A stretch of 64,000 nucleotides of DNA from a virus. Lineage: Duplodnaviria > Caudoviricetes. The notes under the pieces were generated by a model. That model did not search any database. It was not told the origin of the DNA and saw only the letters and a program-made list of their open reading frames with translations. The position numbers were made by a program, and so were the translations under genes. The stretch is from the IMG/VR virus record IMGVR_UViG_3300028596_000001; one strand, 5' to 3'. How positions within the stretch are numbered: the stretch's first letter is position 1; each line of letters opens with the position of its first letter. This document shows, in pieces, positions 63,401-64,000 of this stretch.

Positions 63401-64000
63401 CTCCACACGCTGCCAACGTTCAAACTGCTGACCAGTACAAGAGCCGCCGTGACGTGGTTATGGGTGGTCAGTTCGGTACGAACACGGTAAGGGGCGCTGG
63501 CACTGGTAACATCTACAGTGCTAACGGTAACTACGGCACGCCGCAGAACCAATTCGGTTACAAAGCCTTGACTGGGGATTCTGATACCAGTCACCTGGAT
63601 ATGTCTGGGGTACAGAAAGATAGCGGGTCTAAGGACAGCGGTGTCAAGGTACCTCGCAAGTTGGCTGAGCAGCTGATGATTCGTGAGATGCTCAAACAAG
63701 GCTTTACTGATCCGCGAGCAATCGCTGAGATGTTGGCTTTGACCAACTACGAGACTGGTGGTTATTCCAGGACTGTAGAGAACCTGAAGTACAAAGATCC
63801 GGCACGTCTGATGAAGACTTTCCGGGAAGTTACCTCTTTGGAACAGGCTCAACAGTTGGTTAGCATGGGCGAGGTGGCTATCGGTAACACCGTCTACGGC
63901 GGTGGTAAAGGACGGTCCATTGGTAACACTGAACCTGGTGACGGGTACAAGTACCGTGGTCGTGGTTTCGTCCAACTTACCGGTAAAGCTAACTACGCGA
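57409..64000 (+). CDS. Giant tail/tape-measure-associated protein with a C-terminal GH19 muramidase domain (phiKZ gp181-like position), partial, more than 2197 aa
   Basis: AGGAG RBS and ATG at 57409 (MSEYNDFESYDNDW...). Sampled segments and the window end read in this frame, and the track lists no stop. The C-terminus has NYETGG...ENLKY and GDGYKYRGRGFVQLTGKANY (GH19). Confidence 0.88.
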   Translation, partial: MSEYNDFESYDNDWDADPFEGDMDFDMDFDNPGGNKGFLRSVVSGFLDGVVERTVGSTDAKINTLQRVLPPSWNPTFRNLRELHQRGREAIEELKNNSFTAVQDLQYLAARAAKAAGDKLPNKISEGLNEFSRHDFSSWEKQEYERDDTVKLEETSDDEIKALLAQGEAESMLSRETFKSVGKQTIGMMTEIGGRSIAGMHSIVQTNQRTNQLLEHLLDYQRRVQQRNDQLQINIAARQYLASGKFYKFVEASNHRMIAELKLIAQYSQQSDYEKTTTSQALKRNLRETVFNTAKSRFGGIADYLTDRVGKDAREDIAGDFSDLTSNLRMVAEMTEGMPINVGSMLGNAAAGIFLTNLPKFIESGKGQEYLVRFTKKFPKLAKWAKDAYIRIGDLGHVANYATGNLEEIANTLARFHHNGVDTSGDEDQTYEEYVDSLPKDAKPAPKAIWYIAKKARKTINNTANGMFDETWSSSNTKYSLSQRTLKDSHEQALWTRRSDRTLNEEIPRWFSMLHLSLEKIRTGNDKLQPLTYDYVKSKFVTEHQKAAMVTNAVFDRNSFAYQATSALNLAGSVDEGGLLSKEAKEAFAMQLVKDSDSKHGFNPYNYFNMEDQGHSKEIAEAVKKTVMSTFGITDAHIDEFLNSDTVRRGVMATYMPTEKGRRLLPGFADASRSLGTFMPDIAEGIDIHKSAGFYEAMKQAGIIAPTEYGEDDISENKFWDLLGKFIKNPELKNTVEVPKDAKLDPTRSFGGFAPNPASALNAQPKPLPPFILGSSAGAAPKPNEPVPVKMEGLEDLIKSLDGLKDIGRSMDLSGDVFKNLSSLDFKPIGNSLDLLVKNTGDLLQLAQTRNETLTKIQEGLPTRKRKQTQEEENDIKSGTARIIDKIKEFSFKDFYNKAVDTVLRNEPLILGGLLGGLAGYALHNPKAAALVAGGAMAAAAYGKLRSAAKARTPEDSEDLYEEGSDEPILEARRLQDGQYYDLTKNKIIKSWKEISGSIRIVSTDAYNGTIIGARKLAKTLFTAENKEVFLGGLNKVREWLTKAFKWVDPWGRAVGLKDKVTKRFYQMDVYKEGADSPTLSGKSFDAGAYWKKDAGGNAVMITGWNEIDGPVYDREGNVLITQEDFDRGLVTSMGVSINKMGTLTKKFAGWGLDALRVTKDKVAEYSGKAYDKSKEMFKADYTPITNSIDRIYYLMLKHWGYQQEFVPEGIPVPPPTPTPENPTKVDPTKGIDPDAPAKPAPEVVAAREEEDQNPAGAKKHDMREKIKEKMAEWNIFDKEKDAKKPRLNSFADKEEKRKEKKAEQAQDALINMAGSFGFGDKEKKPERAGLFGLLTTMIGGVFSGITAIGTFFTKTLWSSVGRLVTFANVGIKILPAIFTGITAIAKGVMTLVQTKSITSAGTSILDTIMDNKNENPETRKKRKEDRATHRKKPSTKFGKAGIGAGVALASGMAIDSLIDMGIADEDGLAANAAGAVETAATVYGAYQLASGAAALAGVELGAVALGVGTTVGGALLTGAGMVVGGIAAALSSPFVLGAIAIGAVGYGLYKLFQAGKGTQLKLRLTQYGVSDVESTLAENVVKAEQMLEKFVVIGNGRASISKDADITGVFKLFVTNPQDKAELAEVFTWFNGRFKPVFLTYMACLDAAKFKSMQEFDESTDQNVYNVAKQAHSALGGVMPYPYTIVAKVDKDTPIMAEKQTVIRVNSYLAELKKYVDRKTDKEELKPVEVPAGVLALEREKKQLEESLDKGDASVAGPIRSQAKERLDYIDRQLSGMSTTFVLGKQVQAVYIKDLLPDDRAMDLLTAIRLACYGNDEDVHWRIEAVLRLERYCEPLFVLNGSEVVFNGDIPGLFGIFRTAFRLKRDEGEDWCKWFRDRFAPVMRNYVQVMANYRKGNPGVVWKSLSVTARYEIAQALVQTMVHITDKFIIPIWNVRVSPFLDSRSPDKPDKVDRMLKLLSDASTQAKIRDPEKEAGKTNTQSWAKEVSPHKPGGGFTPHAANVQTADQYKSRRDVVMGGQFGTNTVRGAGTGNIYSANGNYGTPQNQFGYKALTGDSDTSHLDMSGVQKDSGSKDSGVKVPRKLAEQLMIREMLKQGFTDPRAIAEMLALTNYETGGYSRTVENLKYKDPARLMKTFREVTSLEQAQQLVSMGEVAIGNTVYGGGKGRSIGNTEPGDGYKYRGRGFVQLTGKANYA

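Noticed and set aside
1-64000. CRISPR array, IS/transposase, integrase, rRNA
   Set aside because: No regularly spaced direct repeats and no transposase, recombinase or rRNA signatures seen by eye.
1-64000. Naming the phage or its host
   Set aside because: Gene order resembles SPN3US-type Chimalliviridae and the tRNAs look gammaproteobacterial, but species and host cannot be established without a database search.

Overview
This 64-kb window is part of the conserved core of a nucleus-forming jumbo phage (Chimalliviridae, phiKZ/SPN3US-like). The host cannot be determined from the sequence. Most genes are on the minus strand. In minus-strand transcription order: virion RNA polymerase beta' and beta subunits, a modular endolysin, head genes with the prohead protease, an accessory and nucleotide-metabolism block (thymidylate kinase), tail tube and sheath (plus strand), baseplate/virion genes, terminase large subunit with a class 3 intein, a divergent non-coding control region, a roughly 1.8-kb non-coding RNA cluster, PhuZ tubulin, seven small genes, family B DNA polymerase, chimallin (ChmA), non-virion RNAP beta', an SbcD-like nuclease, and a ChmC-like / gp68-like / PicA-like block. 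A giant tail/tape-measure protein with a C-terminal GH19 muramidase domain starts at 57409 and runs off the right end. Assignments rest on recognised motifs plus remembered phiKZ/SPN3US synteny; no database search was run. The most unusual signals: (1) the RNA cluster, where three canonical tRNAs (Asn, Trp, Asp) alternate with tRNA-shaped RNAs whose anticodon arm is enlarged or replaced and with several other strongly paired modules; (2) an overprinted membrane-protein ORF inside the virion RNAP beta gene; (3) a Phe-initiated class 3 intein with a decayed homing endonuclease; (4) apparently catalytically dead HD-domain and Nudix proteins.
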